64,000 bases of DNA from a virus. A program made the translations under genes and the position numbers. The stretch lies in IMG/VR virus record IMGVR_UViG_3300044630_006441, positions 64,001-128,000 of that record; one strand, written 5' to 3'. The first letter of the stretch is position 1. Every line of letters begins with the position of its first letter. The notes under the pieces were generated by a model. That model made no database searches. It saw only the letters and a program-made list of their open reading frames with translations, and was not told the DNA's origin. Positions 1-7,341 of this stretch are shown here, piece after piece.

Positions 1-1
1 C

Positions 2-175
2 GACCGCCATTACATCGTCATCAAGACCAAGCGGTGGGCCTTCGAGGTGGATGAGCTGGAAGACTTCATCGTCTACCTCAAGCAGTTGTGTCAGTCGGCC
101 GACCAGGCCGTGGATGAGGCGCTGTCCTCGACCGAGTTCCCTGGCTGTGAAAGTTTCCGTTTGGGGGTGAAGTGA
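2..175 (+). CDS. hypothetical protein, 5'-truncated by window edge
   Basis: Open frame DRHYIVIKTKRWAFEVDEL...RLGVK*; its stop overlaps the start of the next ORF (GTGA). Confidence 0.7.
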   Translation, partial: DRHYIVIKTKRWAFEVDELEDFIVYLKQLCQSADQAVDEALSSTEFPGCESFRLGVK

Positions 176-702
176 TGTTGACCGAGGGCGAACTGAATGC
201 GATTGCCAAGCGGGTGGAGAATGCTACCCCGGGTCCCTGGTTCCCGGCTGCCACCGATGATGATGTGGCCATGAGTGCTTGCTATGTGACCACGACCCCG
301 TGCAGGTTTGAGCACGATAACAAATTTGGTATGGCGCCTGAAACGGCCGACTTCGACAATGTCATTTGCGTGACGCTGTTGCAACACCCTCGTCTGGCCT
401 GCCACAAGTCCGACAAGTGGGACGAGAACACGGAATTCATCGCCCATGCCCGTGAGGACGTGCCCGCCCTCGTCGAGACAACCAGGGCCTTGATGGTAGA
501 CAACGGCGAGCTTCAGTCGTTGTGCGGCATGATGAACATGAAGATCGAGAAGCTGGAGCTTTTGCTGAAGGTGATCGCCCGCCACCCGTCCGTGCTGAAT
601 CTCCCCATCCGCGACATGGACAACAAGACAACCGGCTCCCTCATCCTGTCAGACAAGATTGACGACATCTCCAATCTGCTGTTTTTGTTGGAGCAACAGT
701 AA
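172..702 (+). CDS. Ead/Ea22-like phage protein
   Basis: ATPGPW and EFIAHAREDVPAL motifs typical of Ea22/ead-like early phage proteins. Confidence 0.65.
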   Translation: MMLTEGELNAIAKRVENATPGPWFPAATDDDVAMSACYVTTTPCRFEHDNKFGMAPETADFDNVICVTLLQHPRLACHKSDKWDENTEFIAHAREDVPALVETTRALMVDNGELQSLCGMMNMKIEKLELLLKVIARHPSVLNLPIRDMDNKTTGSLILSDKIDDISNLLFLLEQQ

Positions 703-1022
703 TGGACATTGAATCCATCCTGGCGTCTGGCTTCAGGGAATTCGGCGTCCCGCCTGGACTTTCGTGCGACCGCTTTTTCCAGAGGCCGGAGCGGGATGAG
801 AATGGCGACTGCTATTTTTTGAACATTGGATACTACGACAACAGGAAATATGTGGGCGGGCACGAAGGGTACCAGGCAGATGTCCAGTTTTACATGGGCG
901 ATTATTACGCAAATCTTTCTGTCTCGATCCCGCGCAACAAGAATATCGAAGAGGTTGTCTGCTGGTTCAAGTCGATGTGGCAGAAGATGGGGGCGGGGTA
1001 CGCCAGGAGAAATTCGGAATGA
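702..1022 (+). CDS. hypothetical protein
   Basis: TAATG coupling to upstream ORF. Confidence 0.7.
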   Translation: MDIESILASGFREFGVPPGLSCDRFFQRPERDENGDCYFLNIGYYDNRKYVGGHEGYQADVQFYMGDYYANLSVSIPRNKNIEEVVCWFKSMWQKMGAGYARRNSE

Positions 1023-1234
1023 ACGCCATCACCAAGACGGAAGTTGTGATCAAGAATTCCGGAGACGGAGTCTGGAAGTGGCTTGTTGAAGTCGAGTATT
1101 TTTTTGACGGCGATACCTGGAGAATCCTTGAGGAAGGGATCGAGTCCTCGTATCTGACAGCCAAAGAAGCCGCCGATGAATCGCTCTACCAGACAGAGAA
1201 AGAGATTCTGGCAGAACAACGCAGCAAGGAGTAG
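1019..1234 (+). CDS. hypothetical protein
   Basis: ATGA overlap with previous stop; MNAITKTEVV... Confidence 0.65.
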   Translation: MNAITKTEVVIKNSGDGVWKWLVEVEYFFDGDTWRILEEGIESSYLTAKEAADESLYQTEKEILAEQRSKE

Positions 1235-1237
1235 ACC

Positions 1238-1477
1238 ATGGAAAATTCCGACTATTGGAAAAATCAATATAATTTTGAAAAATCAGAAAAGAAATTTTTA
1301 ATTTTTTTATTGGGTGGTATGTGTTTGTTTGTGGCGATTATGAATCTACTTATTTCTATATCTTCAGCAAGAAAAGACAGTGAAATTTTGAAATTGAAAA
1401 AACAAATAGTGTCCAACGCCTGGGACCAGGAATGGGCAAAAAAATTGATCGCCGAGGACTATAGCAATGACAAATGA
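1238..1477 (+). CDS. hypothetical membrane protein
   Basis: AAGGAG RBS; one hydrophobic helix; AT-rich. Confidence 0.6.
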   Translation: MENSDYWKNQYNFEKSEKKFLIFLLGGMCLFVAIMNLLISISSARKDSEILKLKKQIVSNAWDQEWAKKLIAEDYSNDK

Positions 1478-1670
1478 ACAGCTTTTAGAAATGACAAAGT
1501 CTGGCCATTGTTACCCCTTCCCGACCGATCGTGAGGCTATCAGCAGGCTGGCCGCTGAATTGCTGCGGGTTCGTATGATCGTGCAAACCCAGTCCCCCGC
1601 CTACATCGTCCGCGGTGATCGTTACATTGCTGACTGGGCAAAAGCTATTCTGAATGGCGAAGATCTTTGA
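1467..1670 (+). CDS. hypothetical protein
   Basis: GAGG RBS; overlaps the previous ORF. Confidence 0.6.
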   Translation: MTNEQLLEMTKSGHCYPFPTDREAISRLAAELLRVRMIVQTQSPAYIVRGDRYIADWAKAILNGEDL

Positions 1671-1757
1671 GGCCTAAGTTACGGCCCAAGCTAATGTTAG
1701 ATCTGCATAAGCTATGCAAAAAGCTATTCGCAAAACGGCGACAGGAGGAAGCTGACA

Positions 1758-2003
1758 ATGGCAGATGAAGAAGATGATGAGCGTTTACAGCAACTTAGGC
1801 GGGATATTAAGTGGGCAAGCGATCTTTTGTGGTTTGTCTGTTGTTGGGCGACTACCACGGGGGTCGGCTTGTTTTTGTTGTCGTTGATCGCTCAAAACTC
1901 TGGTGATTTGCTGGCGTCGGAAACTTTATGGTATAGTGGTTGGCACCTAATATCTGTTGGGTTGTGTGGGTTGTTAGTTTGGAAGTTGCAGGATTTCATT
2001 TAA
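1758..2003 (+). CDS. hypothetical membrane protein
   Basis: AGGAGG RBS; two hydrophobic segments. Confidence 0.6.
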   Translation: MADEEDDERLQQLRRDIKWASDLLWFVCCWATTTGVGLFLLSLIAQNSGDLLASETLWYSGWHLISVGLCGLLVWKLQDFI

Positions 2004-2044
2004 AATCGGGTAGCAGCTACCTGAATTTGGGGGAGGGGTGTTTC

Positions 2045-2557
2045 ATGAATTGGTCAGAAATTTTTGAATACAATGACGGGAAACTTTTTTGGAAAGTTTC
2101 TTTTAGTAGTAGGATCTTAGTTGGATCTGAGGCTGGATTTTGTTCGGACCAATATCTTGCTGTTGTAATCCACAGAAAACGATTTTTTATTCACCGGATT
2201 ATATGGGAAATGCACATCGGGCCGATCCAGAATAAAATGTTTATCAAACACATTGATGGCGATCGAAAAAACAATAGGATCTCCAATTTAAGATTGGTGA
2301 CTCGCTCACAACTTCTATCTGATTTACATAAGCCAAGATACAGGATCGGTAGAACGTCAGAATTTCTTGGTGTCTCTTGGTGTGCCTCCAATCAAAGATG
2401 GACAGCTCAAATATGCTCAAATGGTAAACGCTATAGTTTAGGTAGTTTTACTTCAGAATTTGAAGCCAATAACGCTTACATACAAGCAAAATTAAAGCTT
2501 CACGATAAAATTGCCGATTTGTCTTTGCCACACCAACTGCTGGCTGAGGAGAAATAA
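2045..2557 (+). CDS. HNH endonuclease with AP2-like DNA-binding domain (possibly degenerate)
   Basis: HRIIWEMH...HIDGDRKNNRISNLR; C-terminal GVSW...WTAQI...LGSF..E.EA (AP2); GGAGG RBS; low GC. Confidence 0.85.
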   Translation: MNWSEIFEYNDGKLFWKVSFSSRILVGSEAGFCSDQYLAVVIHRKRFFIHRIIWEMHIGPIQNKMFIKHIDGDRKNNRISNLRLVTRSQLLSDLHKPRYRIGRTSEFLGVSWCASNQRWTAQICSNGKRYSLGSFTSEFEANNAYIQAKLKLHDKIADLSLPHQLLAEEK

Positions 2558-2757
2558 TGGAAGAGATTTTAAGTAGCCGAGATTTGGTTGATATTGTGAA
2601 GCTGCTGGCTATTTGTCTTGACAAAAGCTATCCAGCAGATCGAGAAATTGCTCGCAAAGCGATCATTGAGATTCTCGAAAATAAACCTGTGGTCGTTCGT
2701 GACCTAGACGGCAAAATATTAAATAACCCCACCGGCCCGCTGCCTGGGGGTGAGTGA
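2557..2757 (+). CDS. hypothetical protein
   Basis: TAATG coupling; ends in GPLPGGE. Confidence 0.6.
   Translation: MEEILSSRDLVDIVKLLAICLDKSYPADREIARKAIIEILENKPVVVRDLDGKILNNPTGPLPGGE
2734..2753 (+). repeat. 20-bp direct repeat GGCCCGCTGCCTGGGGGTGA (second copy 3045-3064)
   Basis: Exact match at the 3' ends of two consecutive genes. Confidence 0.9.
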
Positions 2758-3071
2758 TGAGCGACAATTGGTCCACATGGCATTGCGAGAAGTGTCAGAT
2801 TGTTTTGCCGTGGAAAGACGGCATGGAAAACCTGAAGTGTGTTGGCTGTGAGATGAAGGCCGAGAACGCCAGGCTGCGTGACCAGCTTCGCTGGCGAGAT
2901 GCAAAAACTGAAAAGCCACAAGAAGGCGAATTGTGCCTGATTGTCATGCGAAATATGATTTGGCCTAATGTGATTCAGTATTCCGAGTTTGGTTCCTACC
3001 GTAGCCCTTGGGATACAGACTTTATTTTGCACTGGAGACCCGTTGGCCCGCTGCCTGGGGGTGAACGATGA
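2754..3071 (+). CDS. DUF551-like phage protein with N-terminal CxxC..CxxC
   Basis: LRWR...EKP...ILHWRP..PLP pattern. Confidence 0.6.
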   Translation: MMSDNWSTWHCEKCQIVLPWKDGMENLKCVGCEMKAENARLRDQLRWRDAKTEKPQEGELCLIVMRNMIWPNVIQYSEFGSYRSPWDTDFILHWRPVGPLPGGER

Positions 3072-3364
3072 CTGTGAGCTTGGTTGAAATGCTGGGTCTC
3101 GACTTGTTGTCAAAAGTGGGTAGCAAGATCGCTGAGCTAGAAACGGAGAATGTCGAGTTGCGTGAACAGCTCCGCTGGCGTAAGTGGCCGGAGGAGAAGC
3201 CGGAGGAAACTGGACGCAATCCATACACGGTGATTTTGGGCTGTGATTGCGTGCAAGCTACATTCTCATCTGGCAGATGGTTGATGGACGAGCGCATGAG
3301 CTTTGAAGATGTTGCTGACATGGTAACCCACTGGCGACCAATTGGCGAACTGCCGGGAGAGTGA
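3068..3364 (+). CDS. DUF551-like phage protein
   Basis: LRWRKWPEEKP...VTHWRPI.ELP; paralogous to the preceding ORF. Confidence 0.65.
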   Translation: MTVSLVEMLGLDLLSKVGSKIAELETENVELREQLRWRKWPEEKPEETGRNPYTVILGCDCVQATFSSGRWLMDERMSFEDVADMVTHWRPIGELPGE

Positions 3365-3573
3365 GCGATGAGCAATTGGTTCTGCCCAGACTGCGTTGGC
3401 TTGTTATTGCAATTGTTCAAATACTCCAGGAGTTGATTGTGGATAAGCCGCTACTATTTTTAATCGCTGGCTATTTTGGCGGGCAGATGTTAGCGTATTT
3501 GTTTTTGTTTGGAATGAGTTTTATACGAGTCAAAAAAAGAAGGATGAGTGATGAACGGCAACGATTTAGGTAG
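3361..3573 (+). CDS. hypothetical membrane protein
   Basis: GTGA overlap; hydrophobic. Confidence 0.5.
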   Translation: MSDEQLVLPRLRWLVIAIVQILQELIVDKPLLFLIAGYFGGQMLAYLFLFGMSFIRVKKRRMSDERQRFR

Positions 3574-3697
3574 AGAAATAGCTCGACAAGCGTTCATCGT
3601 CGCAATGCTGATATTTGGCTCCGGAATTGCAGCTGGACTGTTGGCTCGATGGCTGTGGCCGATAGTCAAGGCGTGGATTCATTGGGCGACAGGGTGA
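3551..3697 (+). CDS. small membrane protein (48 aa, not in ORF track)
   Basis: MNGNDLGREIARQAFIVAMLIFGSGIAAGLLARWLWPIVKAWIHWATG*. Confidence 0.5.
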   Translation: MNGNDLGREIARQAFIVAMLIFGSGIAAGLLARWLWPIVKAWIHWATG

Positions 3698-3755
3698 AGC
3701 TGCCGGTACAACACATCTCGTTGAATTCCCCCATCGAATGAACTACTCAAGCTCG

Positions 3756-3763
3756 GGTGTATT
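3756..3763 (+). promoter_or_regulatory. candidate phage promoter motif GGTGTATT
   Basis: Intergenic, 23 nt before the ATG at 3787; motif recurs before other genes. Confidence 0.5.
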
Positions 3764-3786
3764 TATTTGGGACATTTTAATCCCAA

Positions 3787-4326
3787 ATGAGGCTTCCGAT
3801 GTTCTGGTACTGGGTTGGTTACATTCTGACTGCCTGGCTCACCGCCGACTTTCTTACCGGCCTTTTTCACTGGTTTGAAGACCGGTACGCCAAAACCTCC
3901 TGGCCTATTTTCGGCCCCCTAGTTGCCGCCCCCAACGAGTTGCACCACAGCGAACCCCGCGCTTTTCTCCGTGGGAGCTACTGGGATCGCAACAACACCA
4001 CGATGATCCCTTGTCTTTTGATCGCAGCTTGGCTGGGATACCAGGAGCTTTGGTGGGGGATGTTAGTCGGTATTTTCGCCTCGCAGGCTAATCAACTCCA
4101 CGCTTGGACCCACCAGGGCAGCGTTCCCCGCCCGGTCAAAATCCTTCAGGAAACTGGCATCTTGCAGAATGCCCGCCACCACGCCCGACATCACATAAGT
4201 CCTTACGCCACACACTTTTGCGTCATGTCTAGTTGGCTGAACCCCCTGTTTGACTCCATCGGTTTCTGGCGCGGGCTGGAAAAAATCGTTTTTCTGCTGA
4301 TCCGGGTTCGACCCAAGCAAGGTTAA
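3787..4326 (+). CDS. CarF/TMEM189(PEDS1)/FAD4-family membrane lipid desaturase
   Basis: ADFLTGLFHWFED, HH.EP, QLHAWTH, LQ..GI, HHARHH, FCVMSSWLNP.FD..GFWR.LE: the family's His boxes and C-terminal motif. Confidence 0.88.
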   Translation: MRLPMFWYWVGYILTAWLTADFLTGLFHWFEDRYAKTSWPIFGPLVAAPNELHHSEPRAFLRGSYWDRNNTTMIPCLLIAAWLGYQELWWGMLVGIFASQANQLHAWTHQGSVPRPVKILQETGILQNARHHARHHISPYATHFCVMSSWLNPLFDSIGFWRGLEKIVFLLIRVRPKQG

Positions 4327-4333
4327 TGTAGTT

Positions 4334-4500
4334 GCCGGAATGATCTAAGCTGCCGGGGCCGCACCATCCCCTTCGGCGTGAGCCGACCGTGTGACAGGCC
4401 AGCAGCCATGGGCCAGGTAGTGTTTGAGTGCGGTTGAGGCGCTACCAGAAGATATCGGGCCGCATACTCGATAATGAGGGTTCGAGTCCCTCTTTCGGCG
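4334..4500 (+). ncRNA. tRNA-framed structured RNA with a 103-nt insert in place of the D-loop
   Basis: Acceptor GCCGGAA/TTTCGGC, U8, D-stem ATCT/AGAT, anticodon-like arm TCGGG-CCGCATA-CTCGA, 4-nt variable loop, T-arm GAGGG-TTCGAGT-CCCTC. Confidence 0.75.
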
Positions 4501-4525
4501 ATTGGGGTGGGTCAGGAACAGACCC

Positions 4526-5080
4526 ATGGTGGCTTTAGCCAAGATGGCAATCGTTTACCTGATCATTTTTGAGCGGGTATGGGTTCCCCCAACCGTAGTC
4601 CAAGAAAATCCTTTCGTCAGGAATCTGATCGCCCAGGTCGCCCAGGACTTGGAACTCTACGAATACCCTGAATGCAAAACGCTATGGAAGGCACGGGACG
4701 CCTACGAGCAAGCGAGGTTCTGTCGTGGGCGCCTAGCCGACATCCAGAAGTTCTTCTTCATCGACTTTGGGGTGGAGGGGTCAACTTGCTACATGCTCTG
4801 GGCAAACAAATACAACCGCCCGTTTGACGAGCTTTGCCGTCGCCGCATCCTGGAAAGCTATGGGGAGTCCAAGAGTTTCTGGATGTTTGTCCAGCGCGAG
4901 AACGATGAGATCTACAGGGTTTACGACTTGCTTGACGACATGCACCGGGCTATCCCACTCTATTGTAAGCGCCTGAAATTAGACCGCTTACGGCAGCTTC
5001 TGGGGGACGAGGCCTATGAGGCTGGATGGTTCCCCAACCCCACACCGACATGGCGTTTTTTGCCAGAGAATTCCAAATGA
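4526..5080 (+). CDS. hypothetical protein
   Basis: Long ORF with phage-like codon usage; N-terminal hydrophobic stretch. Confidence 0.7.
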   Translation: MVALAKMAIVYLIIFERVWVPPTVVQENPFVRNLIAQVAQDLELYEYPECKTLWKARDAYEQARFCRGRLADIQKFFFIDFGVEGSTCYMLWANKYNRPFDELCRRRILESYGESKSFWMFVQRENDEIYRVYDLLDDMHRAIPLYCKRLKLDRLRQLLGDEAYEAGWFPNPTPTWRFLPENSK

Positions 5081-5257
5081 ACAGTGAATACAACCTAAAT
5101 CGCCTAGTTGTTGATCTCGCTTGCATTTTGTCATTTACGTTTATTGTTTGGCAATTATTGAGGAAAAACGACTAGACGGTTCAATCGTGTGTTTCTATCG
5201 TGATGAGTCGGCGTGGGCAGGTTGCCTCGCTGATTTCATGGATGAGGATTAGCAACG

Positions 5258-5638
5258 ATGAATCGATTTGCTTTCGGTCTGCTGGCTTTGGCTTTGGTTG
5301 CCTCGGCTGCTTCTGCTGGCCCTTTTGGTCGTCGGAAGGCGGTTGCTGTGTCTTGCCCTAGCGGCAACTGCGCTGTAACCCAAACCCAGACTCATACAAC
5401 CACCACGACCACAACGAATACCAGCACCTCGTCAGCACAAGGCGTTGCCAATCTAATCGTCGTGAGCGGACGTTTTCGGCATTGGGGCGGTTACAATGGG
5501 TACGAGGGCATCGGTATGGGGCCTACTCCAGAGGCTGCCCTAAGAAATTGCTGTTTCTTTGGACGCTTTCAAATTGCTGATGTAGGCTACGCACAAAAAC
5601 CAAACGGTTCTTGGGTTGCTGTAGCTAGGTATCGGTAA
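5258..5638 (+). CDS. secreted protein with signal peptide, Thr tract and reduced CAP/SCP-like domain
   Basis: MNRFAFGLLALALVASAASA signal; CPSGNC; H.GG..GYEGIG...NCC......DVG.A....W.A.ARY. Confidence 0.7.
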   Translation: MNRFAFGLLALALVASAASAGPFGRRKAVAVSCPSGNCAVTQTQTHTTTTTTTNTSTSSAQGVANLIVVSGRFRHWGGYNGYEGIGMGPTPEAALRNCCFFGRFQIADVGYAQKPNGSWVAVARYR

Positions 5639-5665
5639 TCTTTGCCTGTTTTGAGATCCGGCTAT

Positions 5666-6130
5666 ATGACCGAAGAAATTCTTTGGCATGATTTTTTTGA
5701 GTACTCTGACGGATTCCTGTATTGGAAAGTCAGACCAAGCAATCGTGTTAGAATTGGTCAAAAAGCCGGATCTAAAACCTCCCATGGATATTTGATGGTT
5801 AATTTCCAGGGGAAGGGCGAAAGGCAGCCAAAATATGTGCATAGGATTGTCTGGGAAATGCACTTCGGTTTTATTCCGGAGGGAATGGTGATAGACCACA
5901 TTAATCGCAATAGGTCTGATAACAGGATCGAAAATTTGCGCGTGGTTACACCGTGTGAAAACACACAAACAGACGATGGAAAATGCGTTTATTTTGATGC
6001 TAGGAGATCTAACCAGAAAAAGCCTTGGTATGCCAGGTTTAAGCGGAACGGAAAAGGCTTCTTTAAGACTTTTGGGTCCGAACAAGAAGCTGAAAGTTGG
6101 GTTGCTTCTGTAAGAGCAGTTACAGCGTGA
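5666..6130 (+). CDS. HNH homing endonuclease
   Basis: YVHRIVWEMH...IDHINRNRSDNRIENLRVVT..EN; AP2-like C-terminus. Confidence 0.9.
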   Translation: MTEEILWHDFFEYSDGFLYWKVRPSNRVRIGQKAGSKTSHGYLMVNFQGKGERQPKYVHRIVWEMHFGFIPEGMVIDHINRNRSDNRIENLRVVTPCENTQTDDGKCVYFDARRSNQKKPWYARFKRNGKGFFKTFGSEQEAESWVASVRAVTA

Positions 6131-6140
6131 CACCCATGAA

Positions 6141-6243
6141 ATTGTCGGCTGTGTTTGGGGTTGGTTTACCGACCGCAATAAGGACTGGAAACGGTCGACG
6201 CAGTCGATAATGCGCACGAAGGATTGAACTCCCTTTTGTGCGC
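6141..6243 (+). ncRNA. candidate structured RNA (three-way junction plus hairpin) directly 5' of tRNA
   Basis: 14-bp helix 6141-6154/6198-6211 enclosing GGTTGG-TTTA-CCGACC and GACTG-GAAA-CGGTC; hairpin GCGCAC...GTGCGC 6212-6243. Confidence 0.5.
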
Positions 6244-6246
6244 TGG

Positions 6247-6318
6247 ACGGGAGTAGAGAAGTAGTATCTCGCCACCCTCATAAGGTGGAGATCGCTGGTG
6301 CGAATCCAGCCTCCCGCA
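6247..6318 (+). tRNA. tRNA-Met (CAT), initiator-like
   Basis: Cloverleaf: ACGGGAG/CTCCCGC, D-stem GAGA/TCTC, CCACC-CTCATAA-GGTGG, GCTGG-TGCGAAT-CCAGC; 1:72 mismatch; CCA not encoded. Confidence 0.9.
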
Positions 6319-6347
6319 ATGGTTTGTTGAACGGAAGGAGTCCTTTG

Positions 6348-6440
6348 ATGAACAAGACCAGACAACGAATCGTCCGCAGGAAGCAGATCATTGCCGCCTT
6401 CAACAAGATAGGGGCAAAGCAGAGGCCTGTTGCTCGATAA
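6348..6440 (+). CDS. small basic peptide (30 aa)
   Basis: AAGGAG RBS; MNKTRQRIVRRKQIIAAFNKIGAKQRPVAR*; followed by terminator. Confidence 0.5.
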   Translation: MNKTRQRIVRRKQIIAAFNKIGAKQRPVAR

Positions 6441-6460
6441 AACAAATCGAGTTCTTCCAG

Positions 6461-6491
6461 GGCGGTGACCACAAAGGTCGCCGCCTTTTTT
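6461..6491 (+). terminator. Rho-independent terminator
   Basis: GGCGGTGACC-ACAAA-GGTCGCCGCC followed by a T run. Confidence 0.85.
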
Positions 6492-6506
6492 ATTGGAGTT
6501 TTGCGA

Positions 6507-7034
6507 ATGTATATTATGCGCCCCAATGAGGGCTACAAGCAGTCGCTCCGGGATTTGGCGAAAACACTTTTACAGAAAGGTGAAATTCGTCACTTTGTTG
6601 AAATTGGTTGTTTTTCAGGTGAATCCGCAGTCATCTGGCACGAGTCCCTCCCAGACTCCGCCATCTGGTGCATCGACCCCTGGTTGCCCGGATACGACCC
6701 CAACGACGCAGCCAGCAATTCAAACATGACCGCCGTCGAGAAAGCTTTCGACCAGCGCACCTTTGGCTGCGAGAGGTTGATCAAGCTGAAGGGCGTGTCT
6801 GAGACCTTCAAGGATCAGCCCTGTCTGCAATCAATCGATGTCGCCTACATCGACGCCATGCACACATACGAGGGCGTGAAAGCTGACATCCAGTTCTGGT
6901 TGCCGCGCTGCAAATTGGCCATTGCCGGACACGATTACAACGGCGGTTGGCCGGGGGTCATCAAGGCTGTCGACGAAATGCTTGGCAGACCCGATCAGAT
7001 TTTTCCGGACAGTTCCTGGTTGAAGTGGATTTGA
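6507..7034 (+). CDS. class I SAM-dependent methyltransferase (Methyltransf_24-like)
   Basis: VEIGCFSGES, CIDPW, YIDAMHTYEGVKADI..W, IAGHDY...WPGV.KAVDE. Confidence 0.9.
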   Translation: MYIMRPNEGYKQSLRDLAKTLLQKGEIRHFVEIGCFSGESAVIWHESLPDSAIWCIDPWLPGYDPNDAASNSNMTAVEKAFDQRTFGCERLIKLKGVSETFKDQPCLQSIDVAYIDAMHTYEGVKADIQFWLPRCKLAIAGHDYNGGWPGVIKAVDEMLGRPDQIFPDSSWLKWI

Positions 7035-7035
7035 G

Positions 7036-7332
7036 ATGTACCAGCCCAAAAGAAAAGCAGTCTTCTGCAAATGCACCAATCACCATCATCATGCGATCTT
7101 GACCCTACAGCATTGGCAAGATTCCAAGCTGGGCCTCACCGATCTGGAATGCTGTCTTGATCTCCACATCGCCCCGCACCCATCCTTCCTTAAGAGGTTG
7201 CGGAAAGCCATTCGGTATGTGTTCACCGGCAGAGGTGATTGCTACGAGGAGGTCATGATCACAGAAGAAGATGCCGAAGAGATGCGGGATTTGTTGGGGG
7301 AATTTGTGGCGTTGAATCGGGCATTACGCTGA
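7036..7332 (+). CDS. hypothetical protein
   Basis: Contiguous ORF; F.KRLRKA.RY.F pattern seen in phage proteins. Confidence 0.65.
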   Translation: MYQPKRKAVFCKCTNHHHHAILTLQHWQDSKLGLTDLECCLDLHIAPHPSFLKRLRKAIRYVFTGRGDCYEEVMITEEDAEEMRDLLGEFVALNRALR

Positions 7333-7341
7333 GGAGAAACG

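Noticed and set aside
4334-4500. tmRNA or group I intron-containing tRNA
   Set aside because: It lacks the G3-U70 alanine determinant and a tag reading frame, has a true D-stem, and is too short. The insert is in the D-loop and far smaller than a group I intron core.
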